From NCBI GenBank assembly GCA_947623465.1, contig CANQGU010000006.1, positions 1,032 to 65,031 on the forward strand: 64,000 bases of DNA, given 5' to 3'. Below, in pieces: positions 21,164 to 33,941 of the stretch. Position 1 is the stretch's first letter; the number at the start of each line of letters is the position of its first letter. Both the position numbers and the translations under genes were made by a program. The stretch is from an uncultured Clostridia bacterium (lineage in GTDB: Bacteria > Bacillota > Clostridia > TANB77 > CAG-508). The notes under the pieces were generated by a model. That model saw only the letters and a list, made by a program, of their open reading frames with translations. It had not been told where the DNA came from and made no database searches.

Positions 21164-21907
21164 ATGCCAATATTAACTTTACAAACAAAAAAATATGCAA
21201 TAAAACTAGATAATTTTCAAGGTCCATTAGATTTACTATGTAATTTAATAGAAAAAAATAAAATGGACATATATGATATAAAACTAGACGAAATAACAGA
21301 CCAATATATAGAATATTTAAAACAAGCTGAAGAATTAAATCTAGAATTGGCGAGCGAATTTGTAACTATGGCATCAACCCTTCTTTATTTAAAATCTAAA
21401 AAGCTTCTTCCTGGAAAGCAAATAGATGAAGAAGAAATATCAGAAGATGAACTTATAAGAAGAATTATAGAATATAAAAAATACAAAGATATAACAGTAA
21501 AATTAAAACATGCTTTTGAACAAAATGCTTTAAGATTTTACAAATTACCAGAAAATATAGAACTTCCAACTCAACAAATTGAAGAAAAATATGAAGAAAA
21601 CATTATTCCGCAAGTTTACCAAGAATTGTGGGATAGAAATCAAGACAAAATAAACGAAAATGCAAATAATATTGAAAAAATAGCAATTACAGAAACATAC
21701 ACTGTAGTTAGTAAAGTAAAAGAAATGTTTAAAGAACTTATAAAAAATAAAAGTTTTGTATTTAACAAATTATTTTCTATAAAAAAACATAATAAACAAG
21801 AAGTAGTAACAGCTTTTTCTGGACTTTTAGAGCTTTCTAAAAGAGAAAAAGTAGAAACTAAGCAAGATGAACTTTTTGGAGACATAAATGTTAAGAGAAA
21901 AAAATAA
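21164..21907 (+). CDS. scpA: Segregation/condensation protein A
   Basis: FQGPLDLL, KSKKLLP, FSGLLEL motifs. Confidence 0.9.
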   Translation: MPILTLQTKKYAIKLDNFQGPLDLLCNLIEKNKMDIYDIKLDEITDQYIEYLKQAEELNLELASEFVTMASTLLYLKSKKLLPGKQIDEEEISEDELIRRIIEYKKYKDITVKLKHAFEQNALRFYKLPENIELPTQQIEEKYEENIIPQVYQELWDRNQDKINENANNIEKIAITETYTVVSKVKEMFKELIKNKSFVFNKLFSIKKHNKQEVVTAFSGLLELSKREKVETKQDELFGDINVKRKK

Positions 21908-22115
21908 AATTTGTGTTAATAGATATTTTTTAAATTAAATACTTGTAATGATTTATTTTTAGAGCTTTGGTGTCGCAACTTTAATATTTTAAATATATTA
22001 ATATGAAAGTTGCTCCAGTCGCCTTTCACTTCGTTTCAGTTGCTCGCTTACGCAGCTCTTTCAAATAAATCATTACAGGTATTTTTTATTAAAGAATATT
22101 CTATTAACAAAATTT
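21906..22115. repeat. ~210-bp long imperfect palindrome (MITE-like)
   Basis: Arms AAATTTGTGTTAATAGA...ATACTTGTAATGATTTATTT...AGAGCT and AGCTCT...AAATAAATCATTACAGGTAT...TCTATTAACAAAATTT, with an inner GCAACTTT/AAAGTTGC stem. Confidence 0.7.
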
Positions 22116-22228
22116 ACTTTTTTATTCCAAACCCCTTGTAATATTTTTAGAATTGGTATAGAATAAACATATCGAAAAAGGATACAATAAATAAAAACAT
22201 TAAAACATATTATAAAGGAGGAATTTTT

Positions 22229-23245
22229 ATGTCAGTAAAAGTAGCCATTAATGGTTTTGGACGTATAGGACGTCTTGCATTTAGACAAATGTTTGGAGCA
22301 GAAGGGTATGAAATAGTTGCAATAAATGATTTAACTAGCCCTAAAATGTTAGCTCACTTACTTAAATATGATTCAGCACAAGGAAGATATGATAAAGCAG
22401 ATACAGTAACTGCAGGAGAAGATTCAATAACAGTAGATGGAAAAGAAATAAAAATATATGCAATAGCAAATGCAGAAGAACTTCCTTGGGGAGAAATTGG
22501 AGTAGATGTTGTATTAGAATGTACAGGTTTCTATACAACAAAAGAAAAAGCTATGGCACATATTAATGCAGGGGCTAAAAAAGTAGTTATTTCTGCACCA
22601 GCAGGAAATGATTTACCTACAGTTGTTTTTGGTGTAAACGAAAACATATTAACACCAGAAGACACTGTAATTTCAGCAGCATCATGCACAACAAACTGCT
22701 TAGCACCAATGGCTAAAGCATTAAATGATTATGCACCAATTCAATCTGGAATAATGTCAACAATACATGCATATACAGGTGACCAAATGCTTTTAGATGG
22801 TCCGCACAGAAAAGGAAATTTAAGACGTGCAAGAGCAGCTGCTATAAATATAGTACCAAACTCTACAGGTGCAGCTAAAGCAATAGGACTTGTTATACCA
22901 GAATTAAATGGAAAATTAATTGGATCAGCTCAACGTGTTCCTGTTCCAACAGGCTCTACAACAATATTAACAGCTGTAGTAAAAGGACAAGACATAACAC
23001 CTGAAAGCATAAATGCAGCAATGAAAGCTCAAAGTAATCAATCTTTTGGATATACAGAAGAAGAAATAGTTTCTTCAGATGTTATAGGAATGAGATATGG
23101 TTCATTATTTGACGCAACACAAACAATGTGTATGCCATTAGGAAACGACTTATATCAAGTTCAAGTTGTATCTTGGTATGATAACGAAAATTCTTATACT
23201 AGCCAAATGGTTAGAACTATAAAATATTTTGCAGAATTAGGATAA
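22229..23245 (+). CDS. gap: Glyceraldehyde-3-phosphate dehydrogenase
   Basis: INGFGRIGR and [10 protein letters not shown] motifs. Confidence 0.99.
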   Translation: MSVKVAINGFGRIGRLAFRQMFGAEGYEIVAINDLTSPKMLAHLLKYDSAQGRYDKADTVTAGEDSITVDGKEIKIYAIANAEELPWGEIGVDVVLECTGFYTTKEKAMAHINAGAKKVVISAPAGNDLPTVVFGVNENILTPEDTVISAASCTTNCLAPMAKALNDYAPIQSGIMSTIHAYTGDQMLLDGPHRKGNLRRARAAAINIVPNSTGAAKAIGLVIPELNGKLIGSAQRVPVPTGSTTILTAVVKGQDITPESINAAMKAQSNQSFGYTEEEIVSSDVIGMRYGSLFDATQTMCMPLGNDLYQVQVVSWYDNENSYTSQMVRTIKYFAELG

Positions 23246-23360
23246 TATAAATAAATTAGGGTGGCGGAAGGTTCTTTGCTGCCTTATATTTATTGGAAAT
23301 AAAATTAATCATTTAATATATAATAAATAAAAGAAAAGCAAGAAAGGTAAGGGATTAACT

Positions 23361-24545
23361 ATGAATAAAAAAACAGTTAAAGATATAGATTTAAAAGATA
23401 AAAAAGTTTTAGTAAGATGTGACTTTAATGTTCCTATGGACGAAAATCAAAATATTACTGATGATACAAGAATAAAAGCAGCTCTACCTACAATAAATTA
23501 TTTATTAGAGCAAAATTGTAAAGTAATATTATGTTCTCATTTAGGAAGACCAAAAGGAGAAGTATTGCCAGAATTTTCTTTAAAACCAGTAGCAAAAGAA
23601 TTATCTAAATTACTTGGAAAAGATGTTGTTATGGCAAATGATGTTGTAGGAGAGGATGCTAAACAAAAAGCAGAAAACTTACAAAATGGAGAAGTTTTAT
23701 TACTTGAAAATTTAAGATTCCACAGAGAAGAAACAGACAATGACCCAGAATTTGCAAAAAAACTTGCTTCATTTGGAGAAGTTTTTGTAAATGATGCATT
23801 TGGAACAGCGCACAGAGCACACGCTTCAACAGAAGGTGTAACAAAATATTTACCTGCTGTATCTGGATTTTTGATTGAAAAAGAACTTAAATTTTTAGGA
23901 GATGCAATATCTAATCCAGAAAGACCATTTATGGCAATATTAGGAGGAAGAAAAGTTTCAGATAAAATAGGTGTAATAGAAAGCTTACTTGAAAAAGTTG
24001 ATGTATTGCTTATTGGTGGAGCAATGGCATACACATTTTTTAAAGCAATGGGATATGGAGTTGGAGATTCAATATGTGAACTAGATAAATTGGATTTAGC
24101 AAAAGAATTAATGCAAAAAGCAAAAGACAAAAATGTTAAATTCATGTTACCTGTTGATACAAAAGTAGGAAAAGAATTTGATCCAAATACAGAAAGCAAA
24201 GTAGTAAAAAATTCTGAAATACCAAATGGTTGGGAAGGCTTCGATATAGGAACTGAAACAATTAAAATATATTCAGAAGAATTACAAAAAGCAAAAACTA
24301 TAATATGGAATGGACCTCTTGGATTATCAGAATTTGAGCAATTTGCAGTTGGAACAAACTCAATTGCAAAAGTTTTAGCTGATTTAGATGCTGTTAAAAT
24401 TATAGGTGGAGGAGATTCAGCAGCTGCTATTGAAAAAGCAGGTTTAGCAGACAAATTTACTCACATTTCAACAGGCGGAGGAGCATCTTTAGAATTCCTA
24501 GAAGGAAGAAAATTACCAGGAATAGAAGCGCTATTAGATAAATAA
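23361..24545 (+). CDS. pgk: Phosphoglycerate kinase
   Basis: [29 protein letters not shown] motifs. Confidence 0.99.
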   Translation: MNKKTVKDIDLKDKKVLVRCDFNVPMDENQNITDDTRIKAALPTINYLLEQNCKVILCSHLGRPKGEVLPEFSLKPVAKELSKLLGKDVVMANDVVGEDAKQKAENLQNGEVLLLENLRFHREETDNDPEFAKKLASFGEVFVNDAFGTAHRAHASTEGVTKYLPAVSGFLIEKELKFLGDAISNPERPFMAILGGRKVSDKIGVIESLLEKVDVLLIGGAMAYTFFKAMGYGVGDSICELDKLDLAKELMQKAKDKNVKFMLPVDTKVGKEFDPNTESKVVKNSEIPNGWEGFDIGTETIKIYSEELQKAKTIIWNGPLGLSEFEQFAVGTNSIAKVLADLDAVKIIGGGDSAAAIEKAGLADKFTHISTGGGASLEFLEGRKLPGIEALLDK

Positions 24546-24639
24546 AAATTAAAAATAAAAAGCATAAAAAAATATTATAAATATAATAAAAATTATAATT
24601 AAATATAAAAAATCCTAAAATATAGAAGGAGTTAAATCT

Positions 24640-25392
24640 ATGAGAAAAAAAATAATTGCAGGAAATTGGAAAATGAACATGCTTCCAAACGAAGCAATTG
24701 AAATGATACAACAATTAACAGACTATGTAAAAGATACAGAAAATGAAGTTGTTTTATGTGTGCCATATACAGATTTATTCTATGCTTTACTAACAGCACA
24801 AGGAACAAATATAAAAATAGGAGCTCAAAATATGCACTATGAAGAAAAAGGTGCATATACAGGAGAAGTATCTCCTAAAATGCTTAAATCTATAGGAGTA
24901 GAATATGTAATAATAGGGCACTCTGAAAGAAGACAATATTTTGCAGAAACAGACGAAACAGTAAACAAAAAAGTAAAAGCTGCATTTGCAAATGATTTAA
25001 AACCTATAGTATGTGTAGGAGAAACTTTAGAACAAAGAGAAGCAGGAAATGCATTTGATATAATAACTTCTCAAACAGAGAAAGCATTAGATGGTTTAAG
25101 CCCAGAACAGGCAGAAAATACAATAATTGCGTATGAACCAATATGGGCAATAGGTACAGGAAAAACTGCAACAAGTGAAGATGCAAATGAAGCTTGTAAA
25201 AAAATAAGAGAAAAAATTTCCGAAATCTATGGACAAAACGTGGCAAACAGAGTTATAATACAGTACGGCGGAAGTATGAAACCAGAAAATGCCAAAGAAT
25301 TACTTCAAATGTCAGATATAGATGGAGGCTTAATTGGCGGTGCAAGCTTAAAAGCAGAGACATTTGAAAAAATAGTAAATTATAATAAATAA
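24640..25392 (+). CDS. tpiA: Triosephosphate isomerase
   Basis: AGNWKMN, IGHSERR, AYEPIWAIGTG motifs. Confidence 0.99.
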   Translation: MRKKIIAGNWKMNMLPNEAIEMIQQLTDYVKDTENEVVLCVPYTDLFYALLTAQGTNIKIGAQNMHYEEKGAYTGEVSPKMLKSIGVEYVIIGHSERRQYFAETDETVNKKVKAAFANDLKPIVCVGETLEQREAGNAFDIITSQTEKALDGLSPEQAENTIIAYEPIWAIGTGKTATSEDANEACKKIREKISEIYGQNVANRVIIQYGGSMKPENAKELLQMSDIDGGLIGGASLKAETFEKIVNYNK

Positions 25393-25437
25393 TTGCGGCA
25401 TGCTTTCTAGGCAATATAAGAAAGGGATGGAAATTTT

Positions 25438-26973
25438 ATGGAAGACAAATTAACAATGCTAATGATATTAGATGGATTTGGAGACAATCTTCAAAAAGAA
25501 GGTAATGCAATAAAACTTGCCAAAACACCTAATATAGATAAACTTATGAAAAAATATCCTACAACGAAAATAGAAGCAAGTGGTCTAGCAGTAGGACTTC
25601 CAGAAGGACAAATGGGAAATTCTGAAGTTGGACACACAAATATTGGTGCAGGAAGAATAGTATACCAAGAATTAACAAGAATAACAAAATCAATAGAAGA
25701 TGGAGATTTCTTTTCTAACCCTGAACTTGTAAAAGCAATGGAAAATTGCAAGAAGAATAATTCTAAACTTCATATACTAGGTTTGGTATCAGACGGAGGA
25801 GTTCATAGTCACAATAGACATTTATATGGATTACTAGAAATGGCTAAAAGAAAAGGAGTAGAAAATGTATATGTACATTGTTTCTTAGATGGAAGAGACA
25901 CACCTCCTGCTTCTGCAGAAAGTTATTTGTTAGACTTAGAAGAAAAAATGAAAGAAAAAGAAGTTGGAAAAATAGCAAGTATATCAGGAAGATTCTACGC
26001 TATGGATAGAGACAAACGTTGGAATAGAATAGAAAAGGCATATAGAGCATTAGTTTACGGAGAAGGAAATAAAGCAGGTTCAAGTATTAATGCAATAGAA
26101 AGTTCTTATCAAAAAGAAGTATTTGACGAATTTGTTGAACCTACAGTTATAACAAATGGTTCAAAACCTATTGCAACTATAGAAGATGGAGATTCTGTAA
26201 TTTTCTTCAACTTTAGACCAGATAGAGCAAGACAAATTACACGTTCAATAGTAGATAAAGATTTTAAAGAATTTGAAACTAAAAAAATGGATGTATATTT
26301 TGTATGCTTTACAAGTTATGATGAAACAATGCCAAATGTTCATATAGCATTTAAAAAAGAAGCTATAAAAAATACATTAGGAGAAGTTGTAAGCAAATCA
26401 GGTGGAACACAATTAAGAATTGCAGAAACAGAAAAATATGCACATGTCACATTTTTCTTTAATGGAGGAGAAGAAAAACAATATGAAAACGAAGACAGAA
26501 TTTTAGTACCATCTCCAAAAGTTGAAACTTATGATATGAAGCCTGAAATGAGTGCTTATGAAGTAACAGAAAAAGTAATAGATGCAATAAAACAAAAAAA
26601 ATACAATACAATAATACTTAATTTTGCAAATCCAGATATGGTAGGACACACAGGAAACTTAAATGCCGCAATAAAGGCAATAGAAACAATAGATGAATGT
26701 GTAGGCAAAATCTTAGAAAGTATATTAGAGCAAAAAGCAAATTTAATAATAACAGCAGACCATGGAAATGCAGAACAAATGATAGATTATACAACAGGAG
26801 AACCACACACAGCTCATACAACAAACTTAGTACCATTAACTTTAATATCTGAAAAAGAAAATTTAAAATTAAGAGATGGCGGAAAATTAGCAGATATAGC
26901 ACCAACAATGTTAGAATTAATGGGACTAGAAAAACCAGAAGAAATGACAGGAGTTAGCTTAATAGAAAAATAA
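25438..26973 (+). CDS. gpmI: 2,3-bisphosphoglycerate-independent phosphoglycerate mutase
   Basis: [23 protein letters not shown] motifs. Confidence 0.98.
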   Translation: MEDKLTMLMILDGFGDNLQKEGNAIKLAKTPNIDKLMKKYPTTKIEASGLAVGLPEGQMGNSEVGHTNIGAGRIVYQELTRITKSIEDGDFFSNPELVKAMENCKKNNSKLHILGLVSDGGVHSHNRHLYGLLEMAKRKGVENVYVHCFLDGRDTPPASAESYLLDLEEKMKEKEVGKIASISGRFYAMDRDKRWNRIEKAYRALVYGEGNKAGSSINAIESSYQKEVFDEFVEPTVITNGSKPIATIEDGDSVIFFNFRPDRARQITRSIVDKDFKEFETKKMDVYFVCFTSYDETMPNVHIAFKKEAIKNTLGEVVSKSGGTQLRIAETEKYAHVTFFFNGGEEKQYENEDRILVPSPKVETYDMKPEMSAYEVTEKVIDAIKQKKYNTIILNFANPDMVGHTGNLNAAIKAIETIDECVGKILESILEQKANLIITADHGNAEQMIDYTTGEPHTAHTTNLVPLTLISEKENLKLRDGGKLADIAPTMLELMGLEKPEEMTGVSLIEK

Positions 26974-27122
26974 AAGTATATAAGAAATACAATAATAAAA
27001 GTATATAAAAAATAAGAAATGCAACAAATAACGGAAAAATACTATAATAAGAAAGACAAAAGCTAAAGATACATTAAATTTTTAAGAAGGGGGAAAGTTA
27101 ATTTTATTAACGAGTCAAAAGG

Positions 27123-27857
27123 ATGCTAAGAACTACAAAAAACATGAGGGATAAATATGAAAAAATCCAAAATTATTTGTTCGATTTAATCCCAGAAAAA
27201 TGGGAAGAAATTTATTTATATGCATCTGTTTTTGAAAATGCAGATGATGAGCAAACAGGAGAAATGTATTTTTATTATTTTCCTAAAAGTTTACTTAAAA
27301 AGAAGCCTGTAAATGTATATGAAGTACCAAAAAAATTTAATATAAATGAAACAGAATATTTAAAAATTGTAGATAATTTATATCAAATTATTCAAGACCT
27401 AAAACAAGATTTTAAAGATACAGAGCAAAGACTATGGACAAATCTTACAATATCTATAGTAAATTCAAAATTCAAAATAGAATTTTTCTATGATAAAATA
27501 AGTGGTGAAGAATATTCAAGTTATATAAGGCATGTAGTATGGAGATATCAATATCTACATTTAGGTGGCGAACTAAAAGAAGAAAGAAAAATTTTAGAAA
27601 AATATTTAGATAATATGTCATATACAACAAAAGAAAAAGAAGAATATCAAGCAGGTATGTATGTTAAAGCAATAAACAATGTAGTTGGTTTTGATAAAGA
27701 AATTGAAGTTGCTCAAGAAAAACAAAAAGAACAAGAGCAAAAATCAATTGAGCAAGAAGAACGAAAAAATAAAAAGTTGCAAGAAAAAGCTAAAAAAGAA
27801 GAAGAAAAAAGAAGAAAAGAAGAAGAAAAAAATAAAAATCAGATTTTGAAAGTTTAA
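27123..27857 (+). CDS. DUF600/YezG-like protein with charged coiled-coil tail
   Basis: IPEKWEEIYLYA...EMYFYY...WTNLTISI pattern. Confidence 0.6.
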   Translation: MLRTTKNMRDKYEKIQNYLFDLIPEKWEEIYLYASVFENADDEQTGEMYFYYFPKSLLKKKPVNVYEVPKKFNINETEYLKIVDNLYQIIQDLKQDFKDTEQRLWTNLTISIVNSKFKIEFFYDKISGEEYSSYIRHVVWRYQYLHLGGELKEERKILEKYLDNMSYTTKEKEEYQAGMYVKAINNVVGFDKEIEVAQEKQKEQEQKSIEQEERKNKKLQEKAKKEEEKRRKEEEKNKNQILKV

Positions 27858-27894
27858 ATAATATCAAAATTAAAGAAAATTAAAAAATTAAATG

Positions 27895-27990
27895 AAAATA
27901 AAATAAAAAAATCAAAATAAAATAAAAAATCAAAATAAAATAAAAAAATCAAAATAAAATAAAAAATCAAAATAAAATAAAAAAATCAAA
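27895..27990 (+). repeat. Tandem repeat AAAATAAAATAAAAAA(A)TC, about 5 copies
   Basis: Alternating 19/18-bp units upstream of eno. Confidence 0.85.
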
Positions 27991-28078
27991 ATTAAATAGA
28001 AAAATCAAATTAAAAAATAAAAAATTATCAAAAAGTTAAAAATTAAAAAAATATAAAAATTTTAAGGAGGAATTTTAA

Positions 28079-29386
<1,308 letters not shown>

Positions 29387-29428
29387 TATAGGTTCAAATA
29401 TAAGTAAAAATAAAAGGAGGAAAGAGTC

Positions 29429-30154
29429 ATGTCAGGACACTCAAAATGGCACAATATTGCAGCAAAAAAAGGAAAAGCAGATGCTGCAAGAGGTAAGATT
29501 TTTACAAAATTAGGAAGAGAATTACTAGTTGCAGTAAAACAAGGAGGACCAGATCCAGATGGAAACTCAAGTTTAAAAGCAGTAATTGCAAAATGTAAAG
29601 CAGCAAACATGCCAAATGATACAATAAACAATGCAATTAAAAAAGCATCAGGAGAAGGAAGTGCAGCAAATTACGAAGAAATAGTTTATGAAGGATATGG
29701 ACCAAATGGAGTAGCTTTAATTGTTGAAGCAAGTACAGACAACAAAAACAGAACAGCAGCAGATGTAAGACATGCATTTGACAAATCAGGTGGAAATTTA
29801 GGAACAACAGGATGTGTGTCATATATGTTTAACAAAAAAGGAGTTATGGTAATAGAAAAAGAAAATTGTCCAATAGACGAAGAAGAATTAATGATGCTTG
29901 CAATAGAAAGTGGAGCAGAAGATTTTGAAACTCAAGAAGAAGTTTATGAAATTACAACTGCACCAAATGATTTTACAGAAGTATCAGAAAAACTTCAAGA
30001 AGCAGGAATTACTTTTTTAGAAGCATCTGTACAAATGGTTCCATCAACTACTGTTAGTTTAGATGAGCATTCGGCAGAAAAAATGGAAAAAATGATAGAA
30101 AGATTAGAAGATTTAGACGATGTAATGAATGTATATCACAATTGGGAAGAATAA
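29429..30154 (+). CDS. yebC: YebC/PmpR family protein
   Basis: [10 protein letters not shown] and YEGYGPNG motifs. Confidence 0.96.
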   Translation: MSGHSKWHNIAAKKGKADAARGKIFTKLGRELLVAVKQGGPDPDGNSSLKAVIAKCKAANMPNDTINNAIKKASGEGSAANYEEIVYEGYGPNGVALIVEASTDNKNRTAADVRHAFDKSGGNLGTTGCVSYMFNKKGVMVIEKENCPIDEEELMMLAIESGAEDFETQEEVYEITTAPNDFTEVSEKLQEAGITFLEASVQMVPSTTVSLDEHSAEKMEKMIERLEDLDDVMNVYHNWEE

Positions 30155-30183
30155 TTTAAATATTGAAAAGGAAATAAAAAATT

Positions 30184-31923
30184 ATGAAAAAAAGTAAAAT
30201 AATAGTAATAATAATTTTAATGTTAGTTTTAATAATGTTTGCACTAATAGGTGTATTTGCTTACACTATGTTCTATACAGATGCATTAAAAACAGATAAA
30301 CAATTATTCTTTAAATATATGTCAAAAAATAATGAAGTAATCGAAAATTTAAAAGATGAAAATTATAAGGCATATTTAGAAAAACAAAAAAATACGCCAT
30401 ATACTGAAGAAGGACAAATTAAAGCTACACGAGACAATGAATCAACAAATTCAAATCAACAAAATAATTTAGGAAATACAAGTTTAACATATGTAGGAAG
30501 TGTTGATAAATCAAATAATTATGATTATAAAAAAATCAAATTAAATTATTCAGATACACAAAGTACAGGTTTTGAATATTTCCAAAAACAAGATGTATAT
30601 GGAATAAAAATTGATAATATATTAAAAAAATATTTATCAATAAAAAATGACAATTTAAAGCAAGTTGCTCAAAATTTAGGTTTGAGTGAAGAAGCATTAA
30701 ATGTTATTCCAAATAAGATAAGTAAAATTTCATTTGAAAAGATATTTACAAAAGAAATAGAAGATAAATATAAAGATATTATATATAATTATTTAAATGA
30801 TGAAATGTTTACTAAACAAGAAAATGCAGAAAATACAGTATATACAATGACAATAAAAGCTAGTGATGTAAAGAACCTTGGGCTTACTTGTTTACAAACA
30901 ATACAAGATGATGAGCAATTATTGAATAATATAAAATCAATAATGATAAGCGATTTTGCCTATAGTGAAGAAGAAGCTAATAAAAGTATAAGTGAATTAG
31001 AGAGTAGGCTTGAAGAATTTTTGGAAGATTATAATGAAAATGACAATTCAGCAGATATAGTAATTACAGGTGAAGAAGCAAACGAAGAAGTAAATGAAAC
31101 AAATGCATCAAGTGAAGAAAATGAAGAAAACATAGTTGTAAATTTATATGTACAAAATAGTGAATTACAAAAAACAGAAATAATTATAGATGAATATTCA
31201 ATATCAACTGAGAACACAACTAACGGTATGAATATTAAATTTACACAAAATGATGCAAATGAACAACCAACAACAAATACAATAAATATAGAAAAAACAA
31301 AATCAGAAGATGAATTAGTATATAATATTACGTTAACATCTAATTCACAAAATATAAATATAAAGAAAACACTAAAAGGAATTAATACTTTAAACCAAGT
31401 AGAAGAAACTAGTGAATATGATGTTACATCTAATGGAACAAACTTTATGCAAGAAAGTGGAAAATCTCAAACTGCATATACAATTAAAAAGACATTTTTA
31501 GAAAACATTACACAAGAAAATATAACAGAACAAGATGTTGTATTATTAAATAATTATAGTTTAGAGCAAATGCAAAATGTATTCAGTCAAATATCAACAA
31601 GATATACTGATATAAACTATCAATATAATCTTTTAACAGGATTACCAGAAGATGAAAATTTACTTTTATATTATTATCTACCATCTTTTATAGATATACA
31701 ATTTTTAGGATCTTATGGAGGATTAACAGTTGCATCATCTTCAGGTGTGTTTGATACAATTTTAGGTCTAGCTATGTTATATGGTAGTGGTGATATGGAT
31801 GATTATATGCCATATAGCGACGAAGATATGAGTGATTATGAATCAAATTATGGAGAAACAGAAGGAATATCAGGATACGATACACAGGAAATGAATAATA
31901 CAGATTATAATATTGGATATTAA
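30184..31923 (+). CDS. Hypothetical membrane-anchored extracellular protein
   Basis: N-terminal TM followed by KTDKQLFFKYM; acidic, Asn/Thr-rich body. Confidence 0.75.
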   Translation: MKKSKIIVIIILMLVLIMFALIGVFAYTMFYTDALKTDKQLFFKYMSKNNEVIENLKDENYKAYLEKQKNTPYTEEGQIKATRDNESTNSNQQNNLGNTSLTYVGSVDKSNNYDYKKIKLNYSDTQSTGFEYFQKQDVYGIKIDNILKKYLSIKNDNLKQVAQNLGLSEEALNVIPNKISKISFEKIFTKEIEDKYKDIIYNYLNDEMFTKQENAENTVYTMTIKASDVKNLGLTCLQTIQDDEQLLNNIKSIMISDFAYSEEEANKSISELESRLEEFLEDYNENDNSADIVITGEEANEEVNETNASSEENEENIVVNLYVQNSELQKTEIIIDEYSISTENTTNGMNIKFTQNDANEQPTTNTINIEKTKSEDELVYNITLTSNSQNINIKKTLKGINTLNQVEETSEYDVTSNGTNFMQESGKSQTAYTIKKTFLENITQENITEQDVVLLNNYSLEQMQNVFSQISTRYTDINYQYNLLTGLPEDENLLLYYYLPSFIDIQFLGSYGGLTVASSSGVFDTILGLAMLYGSGDMDDYMPYSDEDMSDYESNYGETEGISGYDTQEMNNTDYNIGY

Positions 31924-31994
31924 AAAAGTTCTAAAATAAAAGAAAAGCACATATAATATAATGAAATATTATATGTGTTTTTTTGGTGGTTAAA

Positions 31995-32924
31995 ATGATT
32001 AAAGAAGTTTTAGAATATTTACCTAAATGTATAAAAGAAACAATAGAAAATTTTATAAAAGCAAGAAATTGTTATGATACACATAATAAAAATATCGAAG
32101 AAGAAATAGAAGAAATAAGATTAAGAATAAACAAAAATTTAAGTCTAAAAATTGGACAAGAACTAATAATATTAAACCATACAGTAACCAAACTTGAACT
32201 AACAGAAAGTTTTGAAAATATATGTGAAAAATCAATATATTCATACATAAAGCAAATCTCAGAGGGATTTATAACAATAAAAGGTGGAAATAGAGTAGGA
32301 ATAACAGGAAGTTGTGTTATAGAAAATGAAAAAGTAATAAATATAAACAACATATCAAGTTTAAATTTTAGAATAGCAAAACAGGTAAAAGATGCGTCGG
32401 TTCCTCTTTTAAAATATGTAATAGATATACAAAACAACTCTATTTATAATACATTAATTGCATCTCCTCCGGGTGCACGGAAAAACGACAGTTTTAAGAG
32501 ATTTGATAAGAAAAATATCTAATCGGAATTCCGGAAATAAATTTTAAACCAAAAACATGTGGGGTAGTAGATGAAAGAGGTGAAATTGCTGCAATGTATA
32601 AAGGGATTCCTCAAAATGATGTAGGAAATTTTACAGATGTAATAGATAATGTTCCAAAACCAATAGGAATTAATATGTTAGTTAGATCAATGGCACCTGA
32701 AATAGTAGCTTGTGATGAAATTGGAAGTAATGAAGATATTAAAGCAATAGAAGATTTGGTGTGCAGGCGGTGTAAAAGGAATATTTACCTCTCATGCAGG
32801 AACAATTAAAGAAATATTGCAAAATGAAAATTTAAAAAAGCTAATTGAAAATAAGATAATAAAAAGAGTGATAGTTTTAGATGTACAAGCTAAAGGAAAA
32901 ATAAAGGAAGTAATAGAAAATTAA
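31995..32924 (+). CDS. spoIIIAA: Stage III sporulation ATPase SpoIIIAA, with three +1 shifts at CGG 32478, 32524, 32768
   Basis: EEIRLR, GFITIKGGNRVG, SPPGA-[C]-GKTT (Walker A), ISN-[C]-GIPE...VDERGEIAA, RSMAPEIVACDEIG, VCR-[C]-GVKGIFTSHAG; stop at 32924. Confidence 0.9.
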
Positions 32925-33108
32925 TTTAATATATGAGTTATCAAAAAAATCATAAAAAGCCCCTATATATTTAAAATAAAAATAGCTCTAAAATTAAAAG
33001 TTAAAATAAAAGTTCTAAAATTAAAAGCCATTGAATATTTAAAATAAAAATAATAAAAAAGTTCTAAAATTAAAAGTCTATGCATATACATATATAAGAG
33101 GTGTATAA

Positions 33109-33627
33109 ATGGAATTTTTAAGATATGTATTTTTAATTGCGGTACTAACAGGAAGTACAAGCATAGGTTTTTTAATTTCTATAGAATATAAAAACAGAGC
33201 AATTGAACTAAGATGTTTTTCAAATTTAATAAATATATTACAAAATAAAATAAAATTTACACACAAACCATTATGTGATGTTTTAGAAGAAGTTTCAAAT
33301 ATAAAAACAAATGCAAGAATTTCACAAATATTTAAAAAAACAGCTAAAAATCTAGAAAATCAAACATGTGAAGAAGCATTAAACCAAGCAATTAAAGAAG
33401 AAAAATTTTTCTTAAACCTAAAAGTAGAAGATATAGAGCTAATAAAAACATTAGGAGCTGTTCTAGGAAAAACAGATATAGATGGACAAATGAGCGAGAT
33501 AAATCAGTTTAACGTTTTACTTGAAAATCAAATAAGAAAAGCAGAACAAGAACAACTAAAAAATGAAAAAATGTATAAAAGTTTAGGAACTATAGTTGGA
33601 CTTGTAATAGTAATAATATTAATTTAG
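33109..33627 (+). CDS. spoIIIAB: Stage III sporulation protein AB
   Basis: LGKTDIDGQ and KNEKMYKSLG motifs; operon order. Confidence 0.9.
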   Translation: MEFLRYVFLIAVLTGSTSIGFLISIEYKNRAIELRCFSNLINILQNKIKFTHKPLCDVLEEVSNIKTNARISQIFKKTAKNLENQTCEEALNQAIKEEKFFLNLKVEDIELIKTLGAVLGKTDIDGQMSEINQFNVLLENQIRKAEQEQLKNEKMYKSLGTIVGLVIVIILI

Positions 33628-33694
33628 CAAGAATAAAAAAAGAAGTGGTCATAGAAATAAATTTTTTTTGGGGCTGCTTCAAAGGGAGATAAAA

Positions 33695-33889
33695 ATGAAC
33701 GTGGATTTATTATTTAAAATAGCTGCTGTAGGAATTTTAGTTGCAGTTTTACACCAAGTACTATGTAGAGCAGGAAGGGAAGAACAAGCAATGATGACAA
33801 CTCTTGCAGGACTTATTATAGTTTTAACTTTAGTAATTAAAGAAATAAGCTCTTTGTTTGATACAGTAAGAAGTTTATTTAATCTATAA
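33695..33889 (+). CDS. spoIIIAC: Stage III sporulation protein AC
   Basis: MNVDLLFKIAAVGILVAVLHQVL...AGREEQA. Confidence 0.95.
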   Translation: MNVDLLFKIAAVGILVAVLHQVLCRAGREEQAMMTTLAGLIIVLTLVIKEISSLFDTVRSLFNL

Positions 33890-33941
33890 TTTTTTTTTAG
33901 GTATTCCTTTAAATAAAAAATAAGAAAGGAATGAAATAAAA

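Noticed and set aside
23537-24454. 305-aa minus-strand ORF, and similar ones at 3536-4105, 6662-7123 and 29125-29631
   Set aside because: Antisense shadows of pgk, nusA, infB and eno/yebC; no RBS or recognisable motifs.
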